DNA of 64,000 nucleotides from Acidobacteriota bacterium (GTDB lineage Bacteria; Acidobacteriota; Terriglobia; Bryobacterales; Bryobacteraceae): NCBI GenBank assembly GCA_026394075.1, contig JAPKYX010000193.1, positions 3,053 to 67,052 of the forward strand, read 5' to 3'. Shown piece by piece: positions 54,992 to 64,000 of this stretch (position 1 is its first letter; each line of letters starts with the position of its first letter). The notes under the pieces were generated by a model. It saw only the letters and a program-made list of their open reading frames with translations, ran no database searches and was not told where the DNA came from. The position numbers and the translations under genes were made by a program.

Positions 54992-57358
54992 ATGACCAAG
55001 CAACGGAAGGTCGAAGCGAAGGTACCGACTGCGGTCCGGCCGCGTGCAGCAGCCCGTGGGGCAGAGAACATTGGGGTGGTGCGTCACCCCGCCGTAGAAA
55101 TTGCATGGCCCAGCGCTGGAGCGTCTGACAGCCACGCGCGCCGCTTTGGCATGGACGATGCCAGTGTCGCCACCCGACGGGAGTTCATCCGTCTGGATGA
55201 AGCGGACCGGGTCTTGCTGGCCGAGATGGCCTCCTGGGCGCAGTCCGTAGCCGCTGATATCGCCCGCGAGTTCTACGATTGGCAGTTCCAATTCCCGGCG
55301 ACTCGCCAGTTTTTTGACAGCATGTCCGCTGAGCGTGGTATGCCCTTGGCCGCACTCCGCAAGCACCTGGAAATGGCGCAGACCGGCTACATCGTCGAAG
55401 TATTTGCCGGGGCCCAGGTGAACTGGGATGTCCGGTACTTTGAAAAGCGCCTCCTGGTGGGCACCGTCCATGACCGCATCAATCTGCCCTTCAAGTGGTA
55501 CGTCGGCTCCTATCCGGAGTATCAAAGCCTTCTGGGCAAGTATCTCCGCCGGGATTTTAAGGACGAGGCGAAGATCCGGCGGATTGAAGCCGCTGCTTCG
55601 CGGGTCTTCAACCTGGATCTGCAAGCCATTGGCGACGCCTTTATCCTGAACACCCTGGAGCGGATGTTAGGTTCCGCGGGCATTCGGCTGGAGGATGTTT
55701 GCTCCGCCGGTGACCGAGCGGAGCAGGTGGGCAAGCTGAAGCTGGCGATCAGCACACAGTTAGAAGGCTTTGTCGGCGAGATGAAGCAGATGTCGGACGA
55801 GCACGACAAGGGCGACATCGACGTACAGATCGATCCCCAGCGGTATCTCGGGGCCTTCAAGGTAATGGCCAATGGTGTGAACGGCATGGTGACGGGCCAC
55901 ATTAACGTCAAGAAGAAGGCGATGGCCTGCATAGCGGAGTTTGGGAAAGGCAATTTTGAGGCCCAACTGGAGCAGTTCCCCGGCAAGAAGGCCTTCATCA
56001 ACCAGACCATCGAAACGGTCCGGACGAACTTAAAGGGCCTGATCTCGGACATGGATGTCCTGGCGCAGGCGGCCAAGAAAGGGCAGCTTTCCACCCGCGT
56101 GGACCCGGCCCGGCACGGAGGCGACTTCCGCAAGATCGTCGAAGGTGTTAACCACACCCTTGATGCCGTCATTGGCCCGCTGAACGTGGCGGCCAGCTAT
56201 GTCGATTGCATCTCCAAGGGCGAATTGCCCCCGCGCATCACCGACCCCTACAACGGTGACTTCAATACTTTGAAGGACAACCTGAACGTGCTGATCGACG
56301 CGATGGAGAACATCACCAGTGCCGCCGAAAGCATCTCCCGCGGCGACCTGACGGTGAGCCTGGAGGAACGCTCCGTAGATGACAAGCTGATGCAAGCTTT
56401 GTCGTCGATGGTAGCTGGATTGACCAAGGTCGTGGTGGAGATCAAGACCGTCGCCACCGAAGTCGCGCACGGCAGTCAGTCGATGAGCGGGGCCACCAAC
56501 GAGCTTTCGCAGGGGGCCAACTCGCAGGCTGCGTCCTCCGAAGAAGCGTCCTCGTCGATGGAGCAGATGGTCTCCAACATCAAGCAGAATGCGGACAACG
56601 CCTTGCAGACCGAGAAGATTGCCATCCGGTCCGCCGAGGATGCCAAAGAGGGCGGCCGCTCTGTATCCGAGGCCGTCGTGGCGATGAAGGATATCGCCAG
56701 CAAGATCTCCATCATTGAAGAGATCGCCCGCCAAACCAACATGCTGGCGCTGAATGCGGCCATTGAAGCGGCCCGCGCTGGTGAGCACGGCAAGGGCTTT
56801 GCCGTGGTGGCGGCGGAAGTGCGCAAACTGGCCGAACGCAGCCAGAAGGCGGCCGGCGAAATCAACCAGCTTTCCGCCTCCACCGTTCGCGTGGCGGAGA
56901 AGGCCGGGGAGATGCTGGAAAAACTGGTACCCAACATCCAGAAGACCGCGGAACTGGTGAAGGAGATCAGCGCCGCCAGCAACGAACAGAACACCGGCGC
57001 GGAACAGATCAACACGGCCCTGCAGCAGTTGCAAGTGGTGATCCAACAGACCGCCTCGGCTTCCGAAGAGATGGCGTCCACCAGCGAAGAGCTGTCCAGT
57101 CAGGCCGAGGGCATGCTCTCCACCATCAGCTTCTTCAACATCGGCGACGCCGTTGCGGCCGGTGGCGGGCAGAACTATGCCGCGCCACGCGCTGCTCGGG
57201 TGGCACCCAAACCGGCGGCCCGCTTCTCCGCTCCGGCCCGGCCTGCTGGTCCCACCCGGACCGCCGTGCAGGCGCCGCCCAAGAAGACCGGCAAGGGCTT
57301 TGCCCTGGCCTTAAACACGCTCTCCGACAAGCTCGATGACGAGTTTGAAAAGTACTAA
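54992..57358 (+). CDS. Globin-coupled (protoglobin) methyl-accepting chemotaxis protein, soluble, HAMP-rich
   Basis: VGTVHDRINLPFKWYVGSY gives the proximal-His context (His at 55469-55471). MCP core LALNAAIEAARAGEHGKGFAVVAAEVRKLAERS. No TM segment seen. Alternative start at 55151. Confidence 0.85.
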   Translation: MTKQRKVEAKVPTAVRPRAAARGAENIGVVRHPAVEIAWPSAGASDSHARRFGMDDASVATRREFIRLDEADRVLLAEMASWAQSVAADIAREFYDWQFQFPATRQFFDSMSAERGMPLAALRKHLEMAQTGYIVEVFAGAQVNWDVRYFEKRLLVGTVHDRINLPFKWYVGSYPEYQSLLGKYLRRDFKDEAKIRRIEAAASRVFNLDLQAIGDAFILNTLERMLGSAGIRLEDVCSAGDRAEQVGKLKLAISTQLEGFVGEMKQMSDEHDKGDIDVQIDPQRYLGAFKVMANGVNGMVTGHINVKKKAMACIAEFGKGNFEAQLEQFPGKKAFINQTIETVRTNLKGLISDMDVLAQAAKKGQLSTRVDPARHGGDFRKIVEGVNHTLDAVIGPLNVAASYVDCISKGELPPRITDPYNGDFNTLKDNLNVLIDAMENITSAAESISRGDLTVSLEERSVDDKLMQALSSMVAGLTKVVVEIKTVATEVAHGSQSMSGATNELSQGANSQAASSEEASSSMEQMVSNIKQNADNALQTEKIAIRSAEDAKEGGRSVSEAVVAMKDIASKISIIEEIARQTNMLALNAAIEAARAGEHGKGFAVVAAEVRKLAERSQKAAGEINQLSASTVRVAEKAGEMLEKLVPNIQKTAELVKEISAASNEQNTGAEQINTALQQLQVVIQQTASASEEMASTSEELSSQAEGMLSTISFFNIGDAVAAGGGQNYAAPRAARVAPKPAARFSAPARPAGPTRTAVQAPPKKTGKGFALALNTLSDKLDDEFEKY

Positions 57359-57389
57359 CTGATCCGGCACGGACAGGAGAAAGACAACC

Positions 57390-57884
57390 ATGAGCGTGGT
57401 TTCCATTACCGAAGTCAGGCAATACCTGACCTTCAAACTCGATAGCGACGTGTTCGCTCTGGATGTGGCCACCGTGCGTGAGGTACTGGACTTCACCACG
57501 GTGACCAAGATCCCCCGGACGCCGGAGTTCATGCGCGGGGTGATCAACCTGCGGGGCAGCGTGGTTCCCGTGGTGGATCTGCGGCTGGCCTTTGGCATGT
57601 CGGCCACGGAGAAGACCGTCAACACCTGCATCATCGTCGTCGAAGTCCGCTTGGATGGCGAGGCGGCGATCATCGGGGCACTGGCGGACTCCGTGGAGGA
57701 AGTGATCGATATGGAACCGGATCAGATCGAGCCGGCGCCCTCCATCGGTACTTCGATCCGGATCGACTTCATCCAAGGAATGGGCAAGCGGGAAAACAAT
57801 TTCCTGATGATTCTCGACATTGACCGAGTCTTTTCGGCCGAACAACTGGCCGGACTGAGAGCGCCGGTGCCGGTAGCCGCGTAA
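57390..57884 (+). CDS. cheW: CheW coupling protein
   Basis: 164 aa. QYLTFKLDSDVFALDVATVREVL...GVINLRGSVVPVVDLR. Confidence 0.9.
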   Translation: MSVVSITEVRQYLTFKLDSDVFALDVATVREVLDFTTVTKIPRTPEFMRGVINLRGSVVPVVDLRLAFGMSATEKTVNTCIIVVEVRLDGEAAIIGALADSVEEVIDMEPDQIEPAPSIGTSIRIDFIQGMGKRENNFLMILDIDRVFSAEQLAGLRAPVPVAA

Positions 57885-58009
57885 CCCACGCGCGCCGCCG
57901 GTGGTGAGCACCAACTAATACGGGAGGGCTTGACGGAGGGAGTCACAGGAACTCCCCGGTGAAAGCCCTCACGGTGTACCGCCCGCGACGGTTGGCTTGA
58001 GAGAGAACC

Positions 58010-58867
58010 ATGACCCTCGACGCAGAGACACTTTCGGACCGGGATTTCCGCCGGATGCAGGACCTGATCGGCGGGGAATGTGGCATTGACCTAGCACCGG
58101 GCAAGCGCGTCATGCTGGAGGCGCGGCTGAAGCGGCGAGCCCGGGCCGTGGGCGCCGCCTCACTGGCCGCCTACTGTGATTTCGTGCAACGTCCGGAAGG
58201 CCGGGCGCGTGAGTGGGACAGCCTGGTTGATGCGGTGACGACGCACAAAACCGACTTCTTCCGTGAGCCCGCGCACTTTGACTATCTGGCCGATCACGCC
58301 GTGCCGATGCTGGCCGACACGAGCGGTGCCGGCACCCGGCGTCCCCTCCAGTTGTGGAGCGCGGCCAGTTCCACCGGCGAAGAGCCTTACACGTTGGCCA
58401 TGGTGCTGTCCGAATGCGCGACCGCCATGCCCGGCCATGACTATCGCTTCCACATCGAGGCCACCGACATCTCCACGGCGGTACTGGAAACAGCGCGCCG
58501 CGGTGTCTACCCCGATACGGTCGTCGAACCCGTTCCCCTCGAACTGCGGCGCCGGTACCTGCTCCGCAGCAAGGACCGGACCAAGCATCTGGTGCGGGTG
58601 TCGCCCCAGTTGCGGCACCTGGTCAACTTCCGTCCGCTCAACCTGATGGATCCGGACTACGGCTTTGAAGAACCGCTGGACGTGGTGTTCTGCCGCAACG
58701 TCATGATCTATTTCACCCGCCCCAAACAGCAGACGATCCTGCAGCATATCGTGTCCCACTTGCGCCTTGGCGGCTATCTGATGATGGGCCACTCGGAATC
58801 GCTGAGCGGCCTCAATCTGCCCCTGGAGCAGGTGACGCCGACGGTCTACCGGAGGCGGGATGTCTGA
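58010..58867 (+). CDS. cheR: CheR chemotaxis protein methyltransferase
   Basis: TDFFREPAHFDYL, WSAASSTGEEPYTLAM and FCRNVMIYF motifs. Confidence 0.9.
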   Translation: MTLDAETLSDRDFRRMQDLIGGECGIDLAPGKRVMLEARLKRRARAVGAASLAAYCDFVQRPEGRAREWDSLVDAVTTHKTDFFREPAHFDYLADHAVPMLADTSGAGTRRPLQLWSAASSTGEEPYTLAMVLSECATAMPGHDYRFHIEATDISTAVLETARRGVYPDTVVEPVPLELRRRYLLRSKDRTKHLVRVSPQLRHLVNFRPLNLMDPDYGFEEPLDVVFCRNVMIYFTRPKQQTILQHIVSHLRLGGYLMMGHSESLSGLNLPLEQVTPTVYRRRDV

Positions 58868-59387
58868 ATCAACGGTGGCTCTGCGAGAGGTGTTTCTGCA
58901 ACCTGCGGAACTATTCCTCGGTGACGCGCCGACCCGCGTCAGGACCATTCTCGGCTCCTGCCTGGCGGTGGTGTTCCGGGTACCGCGGCTGGGTGTAGCG
59001 GCGATGTCGCACTGCCTGTTGCCCACGGCCGGATCACCCGCTTTCACTCTCCCCCGCGAGGAAGCGCAGCGCTATGTCGATTCGACCATCGCAATCCTTC
59101 TCCAGGACTTTGCCCGCCGCGGTGCCCGTTTGGAAGAACTGGAAGTGAAGATCTTCGGCGGTGCGGACCAGTTCGACATGGGTGGCAGCACCAACGGCTA
59201 CCAGGTGGGCAAAAAGAATGTTGAAGCCGCCCAACTGCTGCTGGCCGCCAACGGCCTTCATGCGTTGGCCCAGTGCGTTGGCGGCCACCGCGGGCGTCTG
59301 ATCGAGTTTCACTCGAATACGGGCGATGTCTTTGTCAAGCACTTGAACAGTCAGGCGAGTTGTGCCGCCGGCCAGGAAGCCCCATGA
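58860..59387 (+). CDS. cheD: CheD chemoreceptor glutamine deamidase
   Basis: [11 protein letters not shown]...AMSHCLLP carries the catalytic Cys/His contexts. 8-nt overlap with cheR. Confidence 0.85.
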   Translation: MSESTVALREVFLQPAELFLGDAPTRVRTILGSCLAVVFRVPRLGVAAMSHCLLPTAGSPAFTLPREEAQRYVDSTIAILLQDFARRGARLEELEVKIFGGADQFDMGGSTNGYQVGKKNVEAAQLLLAANGLHALAQCVGGHRGRLIEFHSNTGDVFVKHLNSQASCAAGQEAP

Positions 59388-60433
59388 AACCAGTACGAGT
59401 GTTGATTGTCGATGATTCTGCTGTCGTCCGGCAAACGCTCACCGAAGTACTAAGCAGCGACCCGGAGATCCAGATCATGGCCACCGCCGGCGACCCGTTT
59501 GTGGCCGCGGAGCGCATCAGCGAAGAGGTGCCGGACGTCATCCTGCTGGACGTCGAGATGCCTCGGATGGATGGCCTGACGTTTCTGCAGAAGCTAATGG
59601 CGCAGCATCCCATTCCGGTGGTGATCTGTTCCAGCCTGGCCGAAGCCGGGGCCGAAACCACCCTGCGCGCCCTCGAGTACGGTGCCGTCGACATCGTCAC
59701 CAAGCCCAAGCTGGGTACACAGGAGTTTCTGCGGGAGTCTCGTGAGATTCTCTGCCAAGCGGTGAAGGCCGCCCGTGGTGCCCGCCTCACCAAGTACCGG
59801 CACGTCGAGAAGGCGCTGACGGCGGATGCTGTCCTGGCTCACCGTCCACCGACGGCGATGGCTCGCACGACGGAGCGGGTGGTGCTGGTGGGCGCCTCCA
59901 CTGGCGGCACCGAAGCGCTGCGCGTGTTTCTAGAGGCGATGCCGCCCGATTCGCCCGGTATCCTGATCGTCCAGCACATGCCGGAAAAGTTCACCACCGC
60001 CTTTGCCAAACGCCTTGATTCGTTGTGCGCGATCTCGGTGAAGGAAGCGGAGAACGGTGACACCGTTTTGCGAGGTCATGCGCTCATCGCGCCGGGCAAC
60101 CGGCACCTTCTGCTGAAGAGGAGCGGCGCTCGGTACTTGGCGGAGGTTCGCGATGGGCCGCTGGTGTGCCGCCACCGGCCCAGCGTTGATGTGTTGTTCC
60201 GCTCCGGGGCGCGCTACGCCGGTCCCAACGCCGTGGCCGCGATCATGACCGGCATGGGCAACGACGGTGCGAACGGGCTTCTAGAACTAAAGCAAGCTGG
60301 CGCTACCACCTTTGCCCAGGACGAGGCCACCTGTGTGGTGTTTGGGATGCCGAACGAAGCCATCAAGCTGGGCGCGGCCGGGCGCGTGCTGCCCTTGGGT
60401 GCGATGGCGGGAGCGGTGCTGGGAGCCTGCTGA
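59384..60433 (+). CDS. cheB: CheB protein-glutamate methylesterase / response regulator
   Basis: Start [12 protein letters not shown] is in ATGA overlap with the cheD stop. Methylesterase blocks [10 protein letters not shown] and MTGMGNDGA. Confidence 0.9.
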   Translation: MKPVRVLIVDDSAVVRQTLTEVLSSDPEIQIMATAGDPFVAAERISEEVPDVILLDVEMPRMDGLTFLQKLMAQHPIPVVICSSLAEAGAETTLRALEYGAVDIVTKPKLGTQEFLRESREILCQAVKAARGARLTKYRHVEKALTADAVLAHRPPTAMARTTERVVLVGASTGGTEALRVFLEAMPPDSPGILIVQHMPEKFTTAFAKRLDSLCAISVKEAENGDTVLRGHALIAPGNRHLLLKRSGARYLAEVRDGPLVCRHRPSVDVLFRSGARYAGPNAVAAIMTGMGNDGANGLLELKQAGATTFAQDEATCVVFGMPNEAIKLGAAGRVLPLGAMAGAVLGAC

Positions 60434-62220
60434 TGAACCCGCGGCGCTGGTGGTGGACATTACGGCGGGAACACCGTGGCCAACTGGCCGGGCAGTTGCG
60501 CTCGGCCGGCGCGGAGTTGAACGGGCTCAGCCGCGTCACGGAGCGGGACTTTCTCAGCGTCGGCGCGAAGCTGGAAGAGATCTCCACGCGGGCCCGAGCC
60601 GAGGCCGAAGCGCTGGCCCAAGTCACCGCTTCCTTTGGCGGTGATCGGGAGCAATCGCTGACGCAGCTCCTCAAAGACGTCAGTGCCTGGGCTGAAGCCG
60701 CGGCGCAAGCCAACAACTACGCCAACCTTTTCGACGAACTGGTCCCGGTGGTGAGATCCGTGGCCGCACCGGTGCGCGACCTGAAGACGGCGCTGCGGAA
60801 GCTGCGCGTCGTCGGCATCATGACCCGCATCGAGAGCGCGCGCCTGGACTCCTTAGCTGGGGAGTTTGAGGGGCTGGCCGAAGAAGTTGTCCAGTTGACC
60901 GGCAGTGTGGAGGAAAAATCCGACACCATCCTCGCCTCTGTCGACGACCTATGCCGCCGGTTACGCCAAACTCACGCCGCCGTCGCCGGGCCCGAGCAGC
61001 GGCAGCGTGAAGACCTGGTACAGCTGGTGGCGGCCTGCACGGCCGGTATTGCTGACCTGCAGGGCACGGAACTGCAGATGCGGCAGGTCTCAGCCCAAGC
61101 CCACTTGGCGTACACCCAGATGGTGGAACGCACGGGTGAGATTGTCATGTCGCTCCAACTGCACGACGCAACCCGCCAGCGCATGGAACACATCTCAGTG
61201 GCGCTGAGTGCTCTGGCTCTCGATCTGACCGGCCGTTCACCCCAAGCCCAGCCCGCCGAAGCAGCCGCCACGGTGGAGCTTCAACTCGCACAATTGTCCG
61301 ATACGCGGGACAGCTTCATGCGCGCGGTCCATGAGATTCGGCTCGAACTGGATTGCCTGCACTACTCGGTCGCTGCCTTCGGCACCACGGCACGCACTTT
61401 GAGCGGCGGCGGAGAATCGGGCGACGCCAGCGTTGCCCGCAGCGTTAGCGATGATCTCAGCGCGGTGGGCGTAGCGCTGGAAGATTGGATCAGCTCCCGC
61501 GCGGCCCTCGGCCAGGCCGCCGGCGATGCTGACCAGGCCTGTACCCGCATGAATGGCTTCGTTCAGGAGATCGAAGTCGTGGGCCTGCAGATGCTGCGGT
61601 TGGCGCTGAACGCACAGATTCACGCGGTGCGCCTGGACGAATCAGGCTCGATGATGGAGGCCGTGGCCGCCGGAATTGGCGGCGTTTCGCAGGAGGCATC
61701 CCAGGGAGCGGCCAACGCGGCCCGCGCGTTGCGTGACGTCCAAACGGCGGCGACCGGACTGGCCCAGACCATGGCCGGGGCCGGCCAACAGGCAGCCGAG
61801 AGTACTGCCGCCGCGCTCCGTGTCCGGATTGCCAACGCCATTGTGGAGATCGGCACCGCCCGCCACGAAAGCAGCCGCGTCGTCCAGTCTCTCATCCGGG
61901 GGGCTGAAGCCTTGGGCGGAGACATCCTTTCTCTGCGCCGGTCTCTCTCGGCTGACACGCTGATGGAACGTGGTGCTGGCAGCACCCTGGCCATCCTGTC
62001 CCAGGTCGTGGCCGGCACCGGAGCCACTGCCGCCGAGGCCACCGCGGAGCGAGGACGTTACGCCCGTCAACTGACGGACAGCCTCTATACGATGGACGCC
62101 GAAAGAAATGTCGAACGCTCCGTGACGGGCGGGGCCGCACTGGCTCCGGCACGTGTTGCCACCATGGCGGCAGTGGCGGAGCCTCCTACGGAATTCGGCG
62201 ACAACATTGAACTGTTTTGA
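60433..62220 (+). CDS. Soluble MCP-like protein with two degenerate signalling-domain motifs
   Basis: 595 aa, no TM segment. Motif 1 VVGIMTRIESARLDSLAGEFEGLAEEVVQL (60808-60921). LQLHDATRQRMEHI (61153-61194). Motif 2 LRLALNAQIHAVRLDESGSMMEAVAAGIGGVSQEAS (61576-61701). 1-nt overlap with the cheB stop. Confidence 0.7.
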   Translation: MNPRRWWWTLRREHRGQLAGQLRSAGAELNGLSRVTERDFLSVGAKLEEISTRARAEAEALAQVTASFGGDREQSLTQLLKDVSAWAEAAAQANNYANLFDELVPVVRSVAAPVRDLKTALRKLRVVGIMTRIESARLDSLAGEFEGLAEEVVQLTGSVEEKSDTILASVDDLCRRLRQTHAAVAGPEQRQREDLVQLVAACTAGIADLQGTELQMRQVSAQAHLAYTQMVERTGEIVMSLQLHDATRQRMEHISVALSALALDLTGRSPQAQPAEAAATVELQLAQLSDTRDSFMRAVHEIRLELDCLHYSVAAFGTTARTLSGGGESGDASVARSVSDDLSAVGVALEDWISSRAALGQAAGDADQACTRMNGFVQEIEVVGLQMLRLALNAQIHAVRLDESGSMMEAVAAGIGGVSQEASQGAANAARALRDVQTAATGLAQTMAGAGQQAAESTAAALRVRIANAIVEIGTARHESSRVVQSLIRGAEALGGDILSLRRSLSADTLMERGAGSTLAILSQVVAGTGATAAEATAERGRYARQLTDSLYTMDAERNVERSVTGGAALAPARVATMAAVAEPPTEFGDNIELF

Positions 62221-62231
62221 GCGAGGGGAAG

Positions 62232-62588
62232 ATGCAAGAAGTCCAACAGACCACGATCCGAATCGAACCTGCCAGCGATCACCAGCTGGTTCATCTGGAG
62301 GGCGAACTCGGCCTGATGACGGCTGAGTCCGTCCGCCAGGCTCTGGCAAACTCTATCAGCGCCGCACAACCGCTGGTTGTCAGTTTGGCGGCCTTGACGG
62401 CGATTGATCTGTGCGGGCTACAACTGCTTTGTTCGGCTCAACGCAGTTGCCAGACTAACAGCCTGCCGTTCACCCTCTGCGCGGTGCCGGATTGGTTCCA
62501 GGCGACCGTGCACACCGCCGGCTTCCATCAACACCCCGCCTTCCAGGTCGCCTCTCTGGATGCGGTACGGGAGGACATTTGTGCCTAA
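62232..62588 (+). CDS. STAS-domain protein (anti-sigma-antagonist fold)
   Basis: LVHLEGELGLMTAESVRQAL...LVVSLAALTAIDLCGLQLL is the STAS pattern. The usual DSSG phospho-Ser position reads DLCG. ATG 62232 is preceded by GAGGGGAAG. Confidence 0.75.
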   Translation: MQEVQQTTIRIEPASDHQLVHLEGELGLMTAESVRQALANSISAAQPLVVSLAALTAIDLCGLQLLCSAQRSCQTNSLPFTLCAVPDWFQATVHTAGFHQHPAFQVASLDAVREDICA

Positions 62589-62943
62589 GACGATCTTGGC
62601 GGTGGATGATTCGGCCAGCATGCGGCAGATGGTGGGATTTACGTTGCGCAATGCCGGCTATGAAGTAATCTCGGCGGTCGATGGCCAGGACGCGTTGGAG
62701 AAACTCAGTGGCCCGATCAATCTGGTAGTGACTGATCTCAACATGCCCCGCATGGATGGCCTGGAATTGATCCGGCGGATTCGCGCCAATGCATCCTACA
62801 AGTACATCCCGCTGTTGATGCTGACCACTGAGACCCAGGAAGACAAGAAGGCGGCCGGTAAAGCGGCCGGCGCCACGGGATGGATCGTCAAGCCATTCAG
62901 CGCGGTGCAGTTGGTTGCGGTAGTGAAGAAGGTGCTGGGATGA
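62581..62943 (+). CDS. cheY: CheY-like single-domain response regulator
   Basis: GTG start. ILAVDDSASMRQM, LVVTDLNMPRMDG, and K in WIVKPF. 8-nt overlap with the STAS stop. Confidence 0.85.
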   Translation: MPKTILAVDDSASMRQMVGFTLRNAGYEVISAVDGQDALEKLSGPINLVVTDLNMPRMDGLELIRRIRANASYKYIPLLMLTTETQEDKKAAGKAAGATGWIVKPFSAVQLVAVVKKVLG

Positions 62944-64000
62944 ACGACAAACTTTGTGCCGCCTATCGCGAGGAAGCAGCGGAGCTTCTGGCCGATCTGG
63001 AAGTGACCCTGCTGGAACTGGAAAACAGTGGCGAGGATGCCGAACTGGTGGCGAGGGCGTTTCGGGCGCTGCACACCATCAAGGGGTCCGGCGCCATGTT
63101 TGGCTTTGACGCCATCGCCTCCTTTACGCACGAACTGGAAACGGCCTTTGATAGCGTTCGGGAAGGCCGTTTGCAGTTGACGCCGGAACTCATTGGGATT
63201 GCGCTTGACGCGCGGGATCACATCCAGCAGTTGCTGGACGCCGCGCCGGCCGATGCCGAGCAACTGGCGGCATCCGGCCGCTTGATCCTGAATCATCTGC
63301 GGGATCGGTGCACCCCCCTCCCGGCCCACGCCCCGGCTCCCCCATCAGATCATCCCGCCGTGGAAGACTCTGCTGCCGCCAGCAGCGACACGGACCAGAG
63401 TGAACTCGTGACGTTCCGGATCCGCATCATACCCGCAGCCAGTGTTTTCCTGAACGGCACCAACCTGATCCTGCTGCTGCGGGAGTTGGCGGAGTTGGGC
63501 GATCTCAGTTTAGTTGCCCAAACGGACCAGATCCCGGAGCTGGCCGACTTCAACCCCGAGGAATGCCTGGTTCACTGGGATGCAGTGCTCACCACGTCGG
63601 CCTCGGAAAACGCCATCCGTGACATCTTTATCTTTGTGGAAGATCAGGTGGATCTGCTGATTCAGCAGATCGAGACCGCCGAACCCCAGCGGCTGGGTCA
63701 AATCATGGCTGCCCGGGGTGACCTGAACGAAGCTCAAGTGGAGTCCGTCATCAGTCAGCGGCCCCGGATCGGCGATCTTTTGGTGGAAGCCGGCGTGGTC
63801 GCCCCGGGCCAGGTTGAGGCCGCCGTCATGGAGCAGCGCCACGTCTCTCTGCAGGCAAAGAAGCGCACCCCGACGGAAGCGGCCAGCACGTTGCGAGTGC
63901 CCGCGGCAAAGCTGGATAGCCTGGTCAACTTCGTGGGCGAACTGGTAACCGTCCAAGCCCGGCTGAGCGGCTTTGCGGCGGCTTCCGGCAGCGCCGAGAT
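62940..64000 (+). CDS. cheA: CheA histidine kinase (5' part, runs off window)
   Basis: ATGA overlap with the cheY stop. Hpt domain FRALHTIKGSGAMFGF. Later LRVPAAKLDSLVNFVGELVTVQARL marks the start of the dimerisation domain. The frame I translated has no stop up to position 64000. Confidence 0.9.
   Translation, partial: MNDKLCAAYREEAAELLADLEVTLLELENSGEDAELVARAFRALHTIKGSGAMFGFDAIASFTHELETAFDSVREGRLQLTPELIGIALDARDHIQQLLDAAPADAEQLAASGRLILNHLRDRCTPLPAHAPAPPSDHPAVEDSAAASSDTDQSELVTFRIRIIPAASVFLNGTNLILLLRELAELGDLSLVAQTDQIPELADFNPEECLVHWDAVLTTSASENAIRDIFIFVEDQVDLLIQQIETAEPQRLGQIMAARGDLNEAQVESVISQRPRIGDLLVEAGVVAPGQVEAAVMEQRHVSLQAKKRTPTEAASTLRVPAAKLDSLVNFVGELVTVQARLSGFAAASGSAE

Noticed and set aside
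54986-55002. Sigma-54-like TGGCA-N-GCA element upstream of the MCP
   Set aside because: The GG-to-GC spacing is one nt off consensus, and the element overlaps the candidate ATG at 54992, so it cannot serve as that gene's promoter.
62404-62580. 59-aa N-terminal extension of the CheY ORF
   Set aside because: It overlaps the STAS gene in another frame. The receiver domain starts at the GTG at 62581.

Overview
High-GC bacterial chromosomal window (GC judged by eye, not computed). The gene content (BNR/sortilin-like propellers, TAT-exported sulfatase, many ECF/TPR proteins) suggests Acidobacteriota, but that is inference only. All calls come from reading the supplied ORF translations for family motifs, start-site context and gene junctions; no database search was run. 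I support about 48 genes. (1) 1-16.9 kb, + strand: the distal half of an extracellular contractile injection system (eCIS, Afp/PVC-like phage-tail machine). It contains a gp25 wedge, baseplate J, a gpI-like tail protein, an orphan protein in the tape-measure position and a dedicated AAA+ ATPase. These are followed by an unrecognisable three-gene module (Ala-rich coiled coil plus two proteins that appear to share an N-terminal domain, one of them 1330 aa) and a terminal DUF4157/HExxH cargo protein with an unassignable C-terminal domain. Sheath, tube and spike genes should lie left of the window. This is the most interesting region. (2) A 45-nt tRNA-Met 3' half sits 18 nt after the cargo gene in an AT-richer junction, and an intact tRNA-Cys(GCA) lies at 18.7 kb. 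(3) 17-30 kb: secreted/periplasmic housekeeping and catabolic genes (propeller hydrolase-like, BNR protein, DsbA-like, DUF2490, cupin, sulfatase, Mo-hydroxylase set IorAB-XdhC-MocA). (4) 30.7-40.8 kb, - strand: eight tightly packed genes, a peptide-type ABC importer followed by ECF sigma, TPR-CHAT protein, zinc-finger anti-sigma-like protein and subtilase. (5) 43-48.7 kb, - strand: a cluster of TAT-routed enzymes (DegT aminotransferase, small TAT protein + amidase, GMC flavoprotein + TAT subunit 3). (6) 51.4-54.4 kb: a hybrid histidine kinase ending in a CarH-type B12 (Wx9EH) module. (7) 55-64 kb: a chemosensory operon with a globin-coupled MCP, CheW/R/D/B, a soluble MCP-like protein with two degenerate signalling motifs, a STAS protein, CheY and CheA (truncated at the window edge). 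I saw no CRISPR array, rRNA, transposase or integrase.
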